From Christensenellaceae bacterium (GTDB taxonomy: Bacteria > Bacillota > Clostridia > Christensenellales > Borkfalkiaceae), in assembly GCA_045606665.1 (NCBI GenBank), contig JAZUSI010000064.1, positions 7,627 through 71,626 on the forward strand: DNA of 64,000 bases. The letters run 5' to 3'. The notes under the pieces are model-generated. The model had not been told where the DNA came from. It ran no database searches and worked only from the letters and a program-made list of their open reading frames with translations. The position numbers and the translations under genes are program-made. This document shows positions 1 to 11,742 of the stretch, piece after piece (the first letter of the stretch is position 1; every line of letters starts with the position of its first letter).

Positions 1-382
1 CACGAATTTCGTGATGAACGGGGTGTGAATAGAATTCACTTTCGGCTTTCATTTTGTCGGCAGGAACGTCGCAAAGTTCGTTGCAGTTTTCCCCACCGCG
101 AATTCCAATATAAGCGTCCATTTCAGCCATTCTAAAACCGTCGTACTTTGCCCTTAACTTTGCTTGTTCTTCGGTTTGCCCTAAAAGGAGCGACCTTGTA
201 ATTCTGTTATCGTAAAGTTCAACGAAAGGAATTGCTCCAACCTTATAGGCTTCGTTAACAAGCGCTGTAACAAGCATATAGTCAATGCCCTTGGCTTCGA
301 TTAAAACCTTTTCGCCTTTTTTTAATGCACACGAATAATTGATTAAGTTTTTTGCTAACTGTAAAATTCTACTATCTTGCAT
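1..382 (-). CDS. M29 (AmpS/PepS-type) aminopeptidase, N-terminal part; the gene runs off the window start
   Basis: My own minus-strand translation from the ATG at 380-382 gives MQDSRILQLAKNLINYSCALKKGEKVLIEAKGIDYML...HPVHHEIR. This resembles M29 aminopeptidase N-termini. A GGTGG RBS lies upstream. The ORF is truncated, so it is absent from the ORF track. Confidence 0.6.
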   Translation of the reverse strand, partial: MQDSRILQLAKNLINYSCALKKGEKVLIEAKGIDYMLVTALVNEAYKVGAIPFVELYDNRITRSLLLGQTEEQAKLRAKYDGFRMAEMDAYIGIRGGENCNELCDVPADKMKAESEFYSHPVHHEIR

Positions 383-585
383 GTTCCACCCGTTTTTTGT
401 TATTTTATATCATTATTATACAACTTTGTAGGTTTTTTATAAAGTATTTTTAATTCAATTTGAAAATTATTTGCTAAATCTTAAAAAAAGTGATATCATA
501 TTAAAGGTTAAGAGTTTGTTTATTTATAAACAAGTTCAAAATTACAAAAAGACAAAAAAATATATATTATTTGGAGGCTATTATT

Positions 586-1581
586 ATGGCATTAGTAAAC
601 TCAAAGAAAATGTTTGAAATGGCTTACAAGAACGGCTATGCAATCGGCGCTTTCAACGTTAACAACATGGAAATCGTTCAAGGTATTACCGAAGCTTGTA
701 AAGAAGTAAACGCACCTGTTATTCTTCAAGTATCAAAGGGCGCAAGAGCATACGCTAACCACACTTACTTGGTTAAACTTGTTGAAGCGGCTGTTTTGGA
801 ATGCCCAGACATTCCTATCGTATTGCACTTAGACCACGGCCCAGACTTCGAAACTTGTAAAGCAGTTATCGACGGTGGCTTTACCTCAGTTATGATTGAC
901 GGCTCACACCTTCCTTTTGAAGAAAATATCGCTTTAACAAAGAAAGTTGTTGACTACGCTCACGACGTTGCTGCTCGTGGCAGATATATCACTGTTGAAG
1001 GCGAACTCGGAACTCTCGCTGGTATTGAAGACGACGTTAAGGTTGAACACGGCGCTGAAAGTTATACAAAGCCTGAACAAGTTATCGAATTCGTTGAAAA
1101 AACGGGTGTTGACAGCTTGGCTATCGCTATCGGTACAAGCCATGGCGCTTATAAATTTAAGCCAGAACAATGCACAAGAAACGAAAAGGGTATCTTAGTT
1201 CCACCTGCACTTCGTTTTGATATCTTGGAAGAAGTTTCAAAGAAACTCCCTGGTTTCCCAATCGTTCTTCACGGCTCATCTTCAGTTCCACAAGATTACG
1301 TTAAGATGGTTAACGATAATGGTGGTAAGATGCCAGACGCTATCGGTGTTCCAGAAGAACAACTCCGTAAGGCTGCAACTCTTTCAGTTTGCAAAATCAA
1401 CATCGACTCTGACTTACGTTTAGCAATGACAGGTACAATCCGTCAATTCTTCAACGAAAAGCCAGACAAGTTCGACCCAAGAGAATACTTAAAACCTGCA
1501 CGTGCAAACATTAAAGAAATCGTTAAACATAAGTTAGAAAACGTTTTAGGTTGCGCTGGCAAAGCAGACGAATGCAAATAG
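586..1581 (+). CDS. fba: class II fructose-1,6-bisphosphate aldolase
   Basis: The ORF track entry starts at 571. I moved the start to the ATG at 586, which sits behind a GGAGG RBS. Motifs LHLDHG, GELG and HGSSSVP are typical of class II FBA. Confidence 0.9.
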   Translation: MALVNSKKMFEMAYKNGYAIGAFNVNNMEIVQGITEACKEVNAPVILQVSKGARAYANHTYLVKLVEAAVLECPDIPIVLHLDHGPDFETCKAVIDGGFTSVMIDGSHLPFEENIALTKKVVDYAHDVAARGRYITVEGELGTLAGIEDDVKVEHGAESYTKPEQVIEFVEKTGVDSLAIAIGTSHGAYKFKPEQCTRNEKGILVPPALRFDILEEVSKKLPGFPIVLHGSSSVPQDYVKMVNDNGGKMPDAIGVPEEQLRKAATLSVCKINIDSDLRLAMTGTIRQFFNEKPDKFDPREYLKPARANIKEIVKHKLENVLGCAGKADECK

Positions 1582-1606
1582 TCTAATAAAACAATTTATA
1601 TATTAT

Positions 1607-1638
1607 AAACGCCTTTGGAAATTCCAAAGGCGTTTTTC
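1607..1638 (+). terminator. intrinsic terminator of fba
   Basis: The stem ACGCCTTTGG/CCAAAGGCGT is followed by a T-run. Confidence 0.8.
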
Positions 1639-1644
1639 TTATAC

Positions 1645-1680
1645 AACAAAAGCCCTTGCATTACGCAAAGGCTTTTGTTG
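1645..1680 (-). terminator. intrinsic terminator of the minus-strand aldolase-like gene
   Basis: The stem AAAAGCCCTTGC/GCAAAGGCTTTT is followed by a U-run when read on the minus strand. Confidence 0.7.
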
Positions 1681-1695
1681 TTTTTTTGTTAATTT

Positions 1696-2658
1696 TTATT
1701 TTGCGAGGTTGCCGTATCCAAAGAGTTCCATCATTTCAACCATAATGTCTGCCGCCTTTTCAACGTTATCTCTCATATATTGCATTGATTCGGTTGATTC
1801 AAAGTCACCAGCCTTAATCTTGTCATATCTGCCAACTAATTTTTCTGCAGCGTATTGACCGGCTTCTCTTGCAATTCTTGTCCACATATTAACTCTTAAA
1901 ACACCGTCAGATGCCAAACCTTGAATTTGTTCTGGTGCAAGACAAGACGTGCCGTGAAGAACAAGCATACTCTTGCCAAGCGCACTTGTCAACTCCCTTG
2001 CTCTTTCCTTGTCGTATTTAGCCTTGCCAACTGAAGAAGATTGTTGTTCTGTACCAAGGTCAGCAACGATAAAGTCTGCACCAGTTGTCTTAACATATTT
2101 AACAGCATTTTCGCAATAATTGTCAATACGTGATACTGCTGAACCCGAAACGTTAAGCCCTTCTAAGGCACCTTCAACCAAAACGTCTTTGCCGTAATTC
2201 TTAACGTATTCAGCAGTAAGACGCATATTTTCTTCAAAAGGATAAACTTGAGCATCAAACATAACGCTTGAAAAATATTCAAGAGCGCAAGTTAAAGCCC
2301 ATCTATCTCTAATAGGGTTTGCGTGGTCAAGGTGTGGAAGAACTGTAACGTTATTATATGGTGAATACTTGCTTCCTGCAAGCACGTTCATTTGTGCAAA
2401 GTGAGAAAGTATGGCTGTCTTTGTGTCTTTACAATGTAAGAAACGTTCACATTGTGACATATGGTCGTAATTACAAGTGGTTGCAATAACGACAGGAACT
2501 TGCTCAAGTTGATATTTATCAGCAATTCTTTGTGCAGCAATCAAGATTGCTTCGGTGTTCCAATAACTTGCAGTACAAAAAATTGCCAAACTTGTGCCTT
2601 TTTGGGCAGCCTTATCAAAAATTTTTAATGATGCCTTTCTTTCTGTGATAATTGACAT
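1696..2658 (-). CDS. class II aldolase family protein (ketose-bisphosphate aldolase-like)
   Basis: 320 aa with an LPHLDH metal motif and an LVLHGTS motif. A GGAG RBS precedes the start. Confidence 0.7.
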   Translation of the reverse strand: MSIITERKASLKIFDKAAQKGTSLAIFCTASYWNTEAILIAAQRIADKYQLEQVPVVIATTCNYDHMSQCERFLHCKDTKTAILSHFAQMNVLAGSKYSPYNNVTVLPHLDHANPIRDRWALTCALEYFSSVMFDAQVYPFEENMRLTAEYVKNYGKDVLVEGALEGLNVSGSAVSRIDNYCENAVKYVKTTGADFIVADLGTEQQSSSVGKAKYDKERARELTSALGKSMLVLHGTSCLAPEQIQGLASDGVLRVNMWTRIAREAGQYAAEKLVGRYDKIKAGDFESTESMQYMRDNVEKAADIMVEMMELFGYGNLAK

Positions 2659-2688
2659 AATTTTATCTCCTTAAAATTCAACTAAAAA

Positions 2689-4083
2689 TTATAACAAATC
2701 GATTTGATATCCCAAGTAATCTCTAAAAGCAATTTCAACTGCCTTGCCCCAATGTCCTTTTGTAATAGCAACGTGGTGGCGATAACCGTTCATTGCCATA
2801 TATTCAAGCAACTTGTCTGCATTTTCCTTTTCGAAAACAGAACCACAACCGAAGAAACAAGATGGAAGTTCATCTTCTGTAAATTTTCCGTCTGCAGCAA
2901 ATGAACAGAGTTTGCCATTTTCAGTTTTGAAACTTCCGATAGTAATATCGCCCGTTAAATATTTACCCTTGTTGATACCAACGCCACTGCCTTCGCCAAA
3001 AGATTTTTTGAACATCAAGTGTTCTTCAATTTCGCCCTTGCCTGCCATAAGTGAAATAGGTGCTGGACCACAGTGGAAGAATATAATCTTATTCTTATCG
3101 TTGTTGTAGTTGTTGTTTACGTCAAGAAGCATTACAGGGTAATCAGCCGCAAGACCGATTGCACGCATCATAACAGCGTTTGTCACGTCTAATTCGCAAG
3201 CAGCAGCAATGCCACGTTCGTTTAATTCGCCCAAAATTAAGCAAGGTGCAATGCCGTATGCTTTTTGAAGTTCATCCCAACAACGAATAGCAACAGCATC
3301 AAGGTCAAGGTCTTCAATAATTTGGTCAATAACAACACCTAACTTTGCAATGTTTTCAAGTTTTTCACTTGGATACTTGCCAAAATTAGAAAGTGAAGCA
3401 TATTTTTCCTTTTTTGCTTGTAATTTGTCAGCATCAACGTTTTCCATTTTTGCAAAAACATTTGCAAGGTCAACGGTTTCCACGTTAATACCTTTAGATT
3501 GAAAAGCAATTTCATCAAATCTAACAGTCTTAAATGCTGTTGTTCTTGCGCCTATTGCACCAACGTTAAACTTCTTCATACCCCTAACGACTCTACACAC
3601 ACCAGCAAAAATTCTTAAGTCTTCGCTGAATTCTTCCGTCAATGGGTGCACGCAGAAACTGTTTGTCAACGTGTATTTAATTCCTATTTGTCTTAAGACG
3701 TTGCACATTGCAAGTTTACCACACATTGCGTCACGTCTGTGTGCAAAATCCATTTTATCCATTTCGTCTGGGAAGGCTTGTACAAGAATAGGAACGTTTA
3801 TATCCTTAAATGCAACAGATGCACCGTTTTCATCACCAAAGTTTGGAAGCGAAAGAATAACGCCGTCATACTTACCCTTGTTTTGTTCTAAAAAGTCAGC
3901 AAACAATTTGCCTTCTGCAATTGTTTCAACTGCTCCGTATCTTGTAAGGCTTTCGTCCATTATGATATAATCATAACCATTGTTATCAAGTGCTTTGCAC
4001 ATTGATTCACGCGCTTCTGCTATTAGTTCCCCCGGGAAAAATCCACGATTACCAAAATAAAGCGCAAAAGTCGTTTTTTTCAT
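2689..4083 (-). CDS. L-fucose/L-arabinose isomerase family protein
   Basis: I trimmed the start to the ATG at 4083 (MKKTTFALYFGNRGFFPGEL), which follows an AGGAG RBS. The N-terminus and overall length resemble FucI-like isomerases. Confidence 0.65.
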   Translation of the reverse strand: MKKTTFALYFGNRGFFPGELIAEARESMCKALDNNGYDYIIMDESLTRYGAVETIAEGKLFADFLEQNKGKYDGVILSLPNFGDENGASVAFKDINVPILVQAFPDEMDKMDFAHRRDAMCGKLAMCNVLRQIGIKYTLTNSFCVHPLTEEFSEDLRIFAGVCRVVRGMKKFNVGAIGARTTAFKTVRFDEIAFQSKGINVETVDLANVFAKMENVDADKLQAKKEKYASLSNFGKYPSEKLENIAKLGVVIDQIIEDLDLDAVAIRCWDELQKAYGIAPCLILGELNERGIAAACELDVTNAVMMRAIGLAADYPVMLLDVNNNYNNDKNKIIFFHCGPAPISLMAGKGEIEEHLMFKKSFGEGSGVGINKGKYLTGDITIGSFKTENGKLCSFAADGKFTEDELPSCFFGCGSVFEKENADKLLEYMAMNGYRHHVAITKGHWGKAVEIAFRDYLGYQIDLL

Positions 4084-4255
4084 AATAATTCTCCTATTTT
4101 TATTTAGTTTTCTTATTGTCAAAATCATTATAGTACATATATAAATAAATTTATAGTAACTATTATCCTTAAAAATAGAAAAATCTTCCCGAAAAAAGCG
4201 AATATAACATTGTATATTCTTAAAAACTATGATATAATCAATAAAAGGTGAAAAG

Positions 4256-5104
4256 ATGTATATTAACTTTAAGATTGATAAATTAGACGAATTATTGTTG
4301 GACTTTTATAGGCTAACAGGGCTTACCATAAGCGTTTGGGACAACAAGATGAATCAACTCAGTTTTCAGCCTAAAGAGATGTGTAGGTTCTGCAAAAAAA
4401 TTAAAAGCAATAAAAAGGGAAAGGAGCGCTGTTACGTTAGCGACAAAGAAATTTTTGCAAAGTGTGCGAAAACGGGCAAAGTGGAAACCCACCGTTGCCA
4501 TGCGGGACTGATTGATACGGCTGTGCCTATAAAGTTTAACGACGTTATTTTGGGGTATCTTATTTTTGGGCAAGCCGTGGATGGAAATGAAACAGATATA
4601 GAAAATAAAATTAAGAGTTTAGGCTTAGACCTTGGCGTGGATAACAAAGAACTATTAGAGCTGTACAACGAATTGAAGCCTTATGATGCAAAAAAAATAC
4701 AAGCCGCAGGCAATATATTAAAGACTGCAGCTAGATATTTATGGCTTTCCGATTATATAGAAATTGGCTATAATACGTTGGCATCGCAAATCGACGATTA
4801 TATTAAGAGTAATCTGTCGGAAAAACTTTCATTGCAAAAAATTTGCTTAGACCTTGGAATTTCTAAAAATAGGCTTTACGAGATTTCCAATAAGCAATTT
4901 AATATGCCTATAGGCTCGTATATCTCCCACCTAAGAGTGTTAGAGGCAAAAAATCTTTTAACTTCCACGTCCCTTTCGGTTAGAGAAATAAGCGAAAAGG
5001 TTGGTTTTGAAGATTATAATTATTTTATTAAGCTATTCAAAAATAACGTGGGTGCAACGCCACTTAAATATAGAAATGGTTTTCCATTTAATTTACACGA
5101 ATAA
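4256..5104 (+). CDS. AraC-family regulator with an N-terminal PocR-like sensor domain
   Basis: The C-terminal HTH region reads SVREISEKVGFEDYNYFIKLFKNNVGATPLKYR. The N-terminal half is Cys/His-containing and PocR-like. The gene is divergent from the isomerase operon. Confidence 0.8.
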   Translation: MYINFKIDKLDELLLDFYRLTGLTISVWDNKMNQLSFQPKEMCRFCKKIKSNKKGKERCYVSDKEIFAKCAKTGKVETHRCHAGLIDTAVPIKFNDVILGYLIFGQAVDGNETDIENKIKSLGLDLGVDNKELLELYNELKPYDAKKIQAAGNILKTAARYLWLSDYIEIGYNTLASQIDDYIKSNLSEKLSLQKICLDLGISKNRLYEISNKQFNMPIGSYISHLRVLEAKNLLTSTSLSVREISEKVGFEDYNYFIKLFKNNVGATPLKYRNGFPFNLHE

Positions 5105-5143
5105 AAAAAGAATTCTCACAAAAGCGTGAGAATTCTTTTTTTC
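5104..5143. terminator. bidirectional terminator
   Basis: The stem AGAATTCTCAC/GTGAGAATTCT is flanked by an A-run and a T-run. Confidence 0.75.
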
Positions 5144-5153
5144 TATATTTTTA

Positions 5154-6407
5154 TTAACAGTTACCCATATCGTAGTTAAGCCACAAGACAGTGTATCTAT
5201 CTTTAAGGTCTTTTGCATAGCGAATAGCATCGTTAATCTTCTTTTCACCATATAATGCATAGAAATCTTTCATATCTATTTGCACAGCGTTAAGCAACTT
5301 TTCAATTTCACTTGCCGATGGCATTTCCTTTAAGACTTCCCTTATTTCTTGTTCTTTTTCTAAATAAGTGCTAATCCTATCTGCATCATACATATTGAGT
5401 TTGGTTTGTAAATCATAACATCCTTTTGCAACCTTGCCATAAACTCTTTCAAGGTTTTTAATTAAATCTTCTTTTTTCTCAACGAATTGAGTTTTTGCAA
5501 AAGGCTTTTCTAAAATTTCTTCCCTAATTTTAGCCGTTATAACTGCAGAATAAGCAACGTCTAAACCGTGGCAAAAATATTTTTCATTAAACACGATACC
5601 CGTTATTTCAAAAAAGTGCGATAAGTGGTGTTCACTGCCAGATGCAGGGCGAGAATTACCAAGATAACTCAATGCAACGCCCACGCCTACGAGTGCTTCC
5701 ATTAACGCCTTAACACTTTGTTTGTCTTTCTTTAATAACCCGTTAGAAAGTTCAAGCGTTCTTTCAAGCATTTCTTTGGTTAAGTCGTAAATATACCCAC
5801 AAAAATATTCATCGTTTACAATTTTAGAGAGTTTCCAATCGTTAAGTGATGAGTATTTGCCGACTATATCGCCATAACCTGCCTTAATCATTTCTTGTGG
5901 AGCGTTTGCCAAAACGTTCGTATCAGCAATGATTGCCGTTGGAACACCTGCAGAAACGGTAACTTTCATACCCCCTAAAATCATTGCAGCACCACTAGAA
6001 GCATATCCGTCCATTGATGGAGCAGTTGCAACGATAAAGTATGGAACTTTTTTATCCAAAGAAACGTATTTGCAAAGGTCTTGAATAACCCCTGAACCAA
6101 TACCTATAATAAGGTCAGCGTCCCCTAAGTTTTCTTCCACCTTTTCAATAGCGTCTTCGTTAGGAATAAGAACTGTTTTGCCACTAAACATAACTATTTC
6201 ATAAGGCTTGCCTATTGCGCTTACAACCTTTTCCCCACTAGCACCGAAAGTATTTTCATCGGCAACGATTAAAACTTTTTTGTAATCTTTGCAAAGTTCT
6301 GTAAGCCTTTTGCAAGCATCTTCTTCTATATAACAATATTTAATATCACAAGTATGCCTTCTTCCACACTCACAATCAATTCCTTTTAACAATGCTTGAA
6401 TATCCAT
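5154..6407 (-). CDS. iron-containing alcohol dehydrogenase superfamily protein (sn-glycerol-1-phosphate dehydrogenase/AraM-like)
   Basis: 417 aa with a GIGSGVIQD nucleotide-binding loop and SGSEHHLSH metal ligands. Confidence 0.7.
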   Translation of the reverse strand: MDIQALLKGIDCECGRRHTCDIKYCYIEEDACKRLTELCKDYKKVLIVADENTFGASGEKVVSAIGKPYEIVMFSGKTVLIPNEDAIEKVEENLGDADLIIGIGSGVIQDLCKYVSLDKKVPYFIVATAPSMDGYASSGAAMILGGMKVTVSAGVPTAIIADTNVLANAPQEMIKAGYGDIVGKYSSLNDWKLSKIVNDEYFCGYIYDLTKEMLERTLELSNGLLKKDKQSVKALMEALVGVGVALSYLGNSRPASGSEHHLSHFFEITGIVFNEKYFCHGLDVAYSAVITAKIREEILEKPFAKTQFVEKKEDLIKNLERVYGKVAKGCYDLQTKLNMYDADRISTYLEKEQEIREVLKEMPSASEIEKLLNAVQIDMKDFYALYGEKKINDAIRYAKDLKDRYTVLWLNYDMGNC

Positions 6408-6442
6408 AATTTTACCTATTGACCTTATTCTTATTTTGTTAT

Positions 6443-6471
6443 ATTATAAATGAATCAAAATCGATTGTCAA
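6443..6471 (-). promoter_or_regulatory. sigma-A type promoter for the dehydrogenase gene
   Basis: On the minus strand: TTGACA, a 17-nt spacer, then TATAAT. Confidence 0.6.
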
Positions 6472-6566
6472 CTCTTGGCTAAAAGATTGATAAACAATCA
6501 AAAGTGTTCAAATATGCTAAATAAAAAACACCGTTAAAAACAGCGTTTTTTATTATTTGACATGTT

Positions 6567-6653
6567 TTAATTTTTCATTTCATATGCACAAAAACCTACT
6601 ACACAAAATAGAGTTAAGAAACTCAATGTAATAATTAATAAAATTTTTTTCAT
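6567..6653 (-). CDS. candidate 28-aa hydrophobic peptide (MKKILLIITLSFLTLFCVVGFCAYEMKN)
   Basis: My own translation. A GGAGG RBS lies 6 nt upstream. The ORF is divergent from the decayed XRE gene and is below the ORF-track size cutoff. Confidence 0.3.
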   Translation of the reverse strand: MKKILLIITLSFLTLFCVVGFCAYEMKN

Positions 6654-6714
6654 AAAACTAGCCTCCGTATAAAAATTACAAATATTATACATCATAATGT
6701 GGTATATTTTTTAT

Positions 6715-6929
6715 ATGAGCTCTGCAAAAATTATAGGCAACAATTTGAAGCAAGCGCGTAGGGACAAACAATTAACACAAAACAAGTTGCCCAAAAATTA
6801 AATATGACACAACAACAATACAGTAGATTTGAAAATGGCGTTTTTGAACTAAATTATGACCAAATACTTTTTTTATGCACACTTCTTGACATTACCCCAA
6901 ACGAACTTTTTTCAAATAACATCTTGTAA
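6715..6929 (+). pseudogene. frameshifted XRE-family HTH regulator
   Basis: Frame 1 reads MSSAKIIGNNLKQARRDKQLTQNKLPKN and then stops. The next frame continues QVAQKLNMTQQQYSRFENGVFELNYDQILFLCTLLDITPNELFSNNIL and then stops. Joined by a single-base shift near 6780, the two parts make a typical XRE domain. Confidence 0.75.
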
Positions 6930-7008
6930 ATATACACAATTAGGCATTAAAAAAGGGAAAAACTTTTTTGTAAAAGTTTTTCCCTTTAATTTTATTGTAA
7001 AATGTATT

Positions 7009-9214
<2,206 letters not shown>

Positions 9215-9248
9215 AATATATCTCCTTTTTTCGTTTTACTTTTTAGAT

Positions 9249-9275
9249 TTAGCACTCTCGTTATTCAAGTGCTAA
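9249..9275. promoter_or_regulatory. CIRCE operator (HrcA binding site)
   Basis: The sequence TTAGCACTC-N9-AAGTGCTAA lies between the groES promoter and its RBS. Confidence 0.9.
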
Positions 9276-9280
9276 CATTT

Positions 9281-9308
9281 ATTATACACGCGCAAATTTA
9301 TTTGTCAA
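9281..9308 (-). promoter_or_regulatory. sigma-A promoter of groES-groEL
   Basis: On the minus strand: TTGACA, a 17-nt spacer, then TATAAT, directly upstream of CIRCE. Confidence 0.8.
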
Positions 9309-9452
9309 TAGAATATGACGGAAATTATTAAATTTAAATAAATAATTTCGTTAAGGTTGTCGATTTTGAAAAAAACCTTTTTTTTTATCAATTTCCTTTC
9401 ATATATAATATATTGTATATTTTTTGCGATATGCTTTTATGTCAAATTTATA

Positions 9453-11741
9453 CTAACGGCCGAATTTTCTCATAAGATAAGCTTTCATTTCCTCGTTTGA
9501 CATTTGCTTTTTCTCTTCTTTTTTCTTGTTTGCGTTAATTCTGCCTTCTTTTCTTTCCCTATCGGTTTTTTGGTTCGTAACGGCTATGCCATTTGGCATA
9601 TCGGCAGTTTTCATAGTGAGAGAAATTTTCTTCTTTACAGTATCAACACCCAACACTTTAACCTTAACTAAATCGCCCACTTTCAAAACGTCTGACGGGT
9701 GCTTAATATATCCATCACTTATTTGAGAGATGTGAACGAGACCATCTTGATGCACGCCTATATCCACGAACACACCGAAGTCAATAACGTTTCTAACCGT
9801 ACCATTTATTTCCATACCTTCTTTCAAATCGTTTAAGTCCATAAGGTCGCTTCTTAAAATTGGTTTTGGCAAGCTGTCACGGATATCTCTGCCCGGTTTT
9901 AAGAGTTCTGCCACTATATCCTTTAAGGTTGGAACGCCTATTTCACAAGTTTCTGCAGTCTTTTCCCAACTCTTTTTTTCAATTCTTTCTCTAATATCGG
10001 TTATTTTACCGTCTGCAACGTCAGAAAGCGCGTATCCCGTAAAGTCTAAAAGTTTTTCAACTGCGCCATAACTTTCTGGGTGAACACCCGTATTATCCAA
10101 TACGTTTCCACCGACAATTCTTAAAAAACCTGCGCATTGTAAAAACGCCTTTTCGCCTAGCTTTTTAACCGATAACAACTCTTCTCTTTTCTTAAAAGGC
10201 TTTTCTGCCCTATATTTAACAATCTCTTTTGCTATTCCCTTATTTAAACCTGCAACGTATGAAAGTAAGCTTGGCGATGCCGTGTTTAAGTCAACGCCAA
10301 CGCTGTTAACGCAATTTTCAACAACGCCACCCAAAACTTCTTCAAGTCTATTTTCTGGCATATCGTGTTGGTATTGCCCTACACCGATTGACTTAACGTC
10401 TATCTTAATAAGTTCAGCAAGTGGGTCTTGAAGTCTTCTTGCAATAGACACAGCGCTTCTTTGAGCTGGTTCAAAGTCTGGGAATTCTTCAGCTCCCAAC
10501 TTACTTGCACTATATACTGATGCACCTGCTTCGTTTACAACGGCATATTGAATATCAAGTCCATTTTCTTTTATCATATTTGCAACAAAGATTTCCGACT
10601 CTTTACTTGCAGTACCGTTACCTATAGATACGATTGAGACGTTGTGTTTTTTAATAAGTTTAATTAAAGTTTCACTTGCTTCAGCGATTTTATTTTGTGG
10701 TGGGGTTGGGAATACCACAGCCGTGTCTAAAACGTTACCCTCTGCATCGATGACAGCAATTTTGCAGCCCGTTCTATACGCTGGGTCAAGCCCCAAAATA
10801 GTCTTTCCCTTTAGTGGTGGTTGAAGCAACAATGGGCGAAGATTAACTTCAAACATTTTGATTGCTTGTTCGCTTGCCTTTTCGGTAAGTTCGCTTCTAA
10901 CTTCCCTTTCAAGTGATGGGAATATAAGCCTTGAATAAGCATCTGCACAAGCATTTTTAACGATATTAGAACACTCGTTATCACCCTTGACGTATCCACT
11001 CGTTATAATTTCAACGAATGCTTCAGTTTCAACAACAACGTTTACCTTTAAGCACTCTTCCTTTTCGCCACGGTTAATCGCCAAAATCCTATGTGGTGGC
11101 ATCTTTTCTATTTTTTCGTTATATTCAGCGTACATATCGTACGTTTTGGCATTTTCATTTTCCAAAAGTTTGCAAGTGATTGCACCCACTTCAAAGATTT
11201 TCTTTCTTAAAACCTTTCTTAGTTCTGCATCATCAGAAACCTTTTCAGCAATAATATCGCTTGCGCCTGCAATTGCACTCTCTATACTATCCACGCCCTT
11301 TTCTTCGCTTATAAATTCAGTTGCCTTTGCGTTTAAGTCTAAAGATTTATCTTGCTCTAAAATAAATTCAGCAAGTGGCAAAAGTCCCTTTTCAGTTGCA
11401 ACTGATGCCCTTGTCTTTCTCTTTTGCTTAAATGGACGGTAAACGTCCTCAGCTTCGGTCAAAGTTTCAGCTCCTGCAAGAGCGACCATAATCTCATCAG
11501 TCATCTTGCCTTGCTCGGTAATAGCGTCTGCTATCTCTTGTTTTCTCTTATCTAAATTTCTTAAATATTTAAGTCTATCTGCAAACTCTCTTAAAACTTG
11601 GTCATCACAAGAACCTGTCATTTCCTTACGATATCTCGCAATAAAAGGTATAGTATTCCCTTCGTCAATAAGATTGATAATGTTATTAGAGTGATCTGCC
11701 CTTAGGTTAAATTCTTTGCTTAATTTTAATGCATAGTCCAT
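9453..11741 (-). CDS. tex: Tex-like transcription accessory protein with a C-terminal S1 domain
   Basis: 762 aa. The N-terminal motif is IPFIARYRKE and the C-terminal S1 motif is GTVRNVIDFGVFVDIG. Confidence 0.9.
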   Translation of the reverse strand: MDYALKLSKEFNLRADHSNNIINLIDEGNTIPFIARYRKEMTGSCDDQVLREFADRLKYLRNLDKRKQEIADAITEQGKMTDEIMVALAGAETLTEAEDVYRPFKQKRKTRASVATEKGLLPLAEFILEQDKSLDLNAKATEFISEEKGVDSIESAIAGASDIIAEKVSDDAELRKVLRKKIFEVGAITCKLLENENAKTYDMYAEYNEKIEKMPPHRILAINRGEKEECLKVNVVVETEAFVEIITSGYVKGDNECSNIVKNACADAYSRLIFPSLEREVRSELTEKASEQAIKMFEVNLRPLLLQPPLKGKTILGLDPAYRTGCKIAVIDAEGNVLDTAVVFPTPPQNKIAEASETLIKLIKKHNVSIVSIGNGTASKESEIFVANMIKENGLDIQYAVVNEAGASVYSASKLGAEEFPDFEPAQRSAVSIARRLQDPLAELIKIDVKSIGVGQYQHDMPENRLEEVLGGVVENCVNSVGVDLNTASPSLLSYVAGLNKGIAKEIVKYRAEKPFKKREELLSVKKLGEKAFLQCAGFLRIVGGNVLDNTGVHPESYGAVEKLLDFTGYALSDVADGKITDIRERIEKKSWEKTAETCEIGVPTLKDIVAELLKPGRDIRDSLPKPILRSDLMDLNDLKEGMEINGTVRNVIDFGVFVDIGVHQDGLVHISQISDGYIKHPSDVLKVGDLVKVKVLGVDTVKKKISLTMKTADMPNGIAVTNQKTDRERKEGRINANKKKEEKKQMSNEEMKAYLMRKFGR

Positions 11742-11742
11742 T

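Noticed and set aside
571-585. TTG start for fba given by the ORF track.
   Set aside because: The GGAGG RBS lies inside this extension. The ATG at 586 is correctly spaced and gives the conserved MALV... N-terminus.
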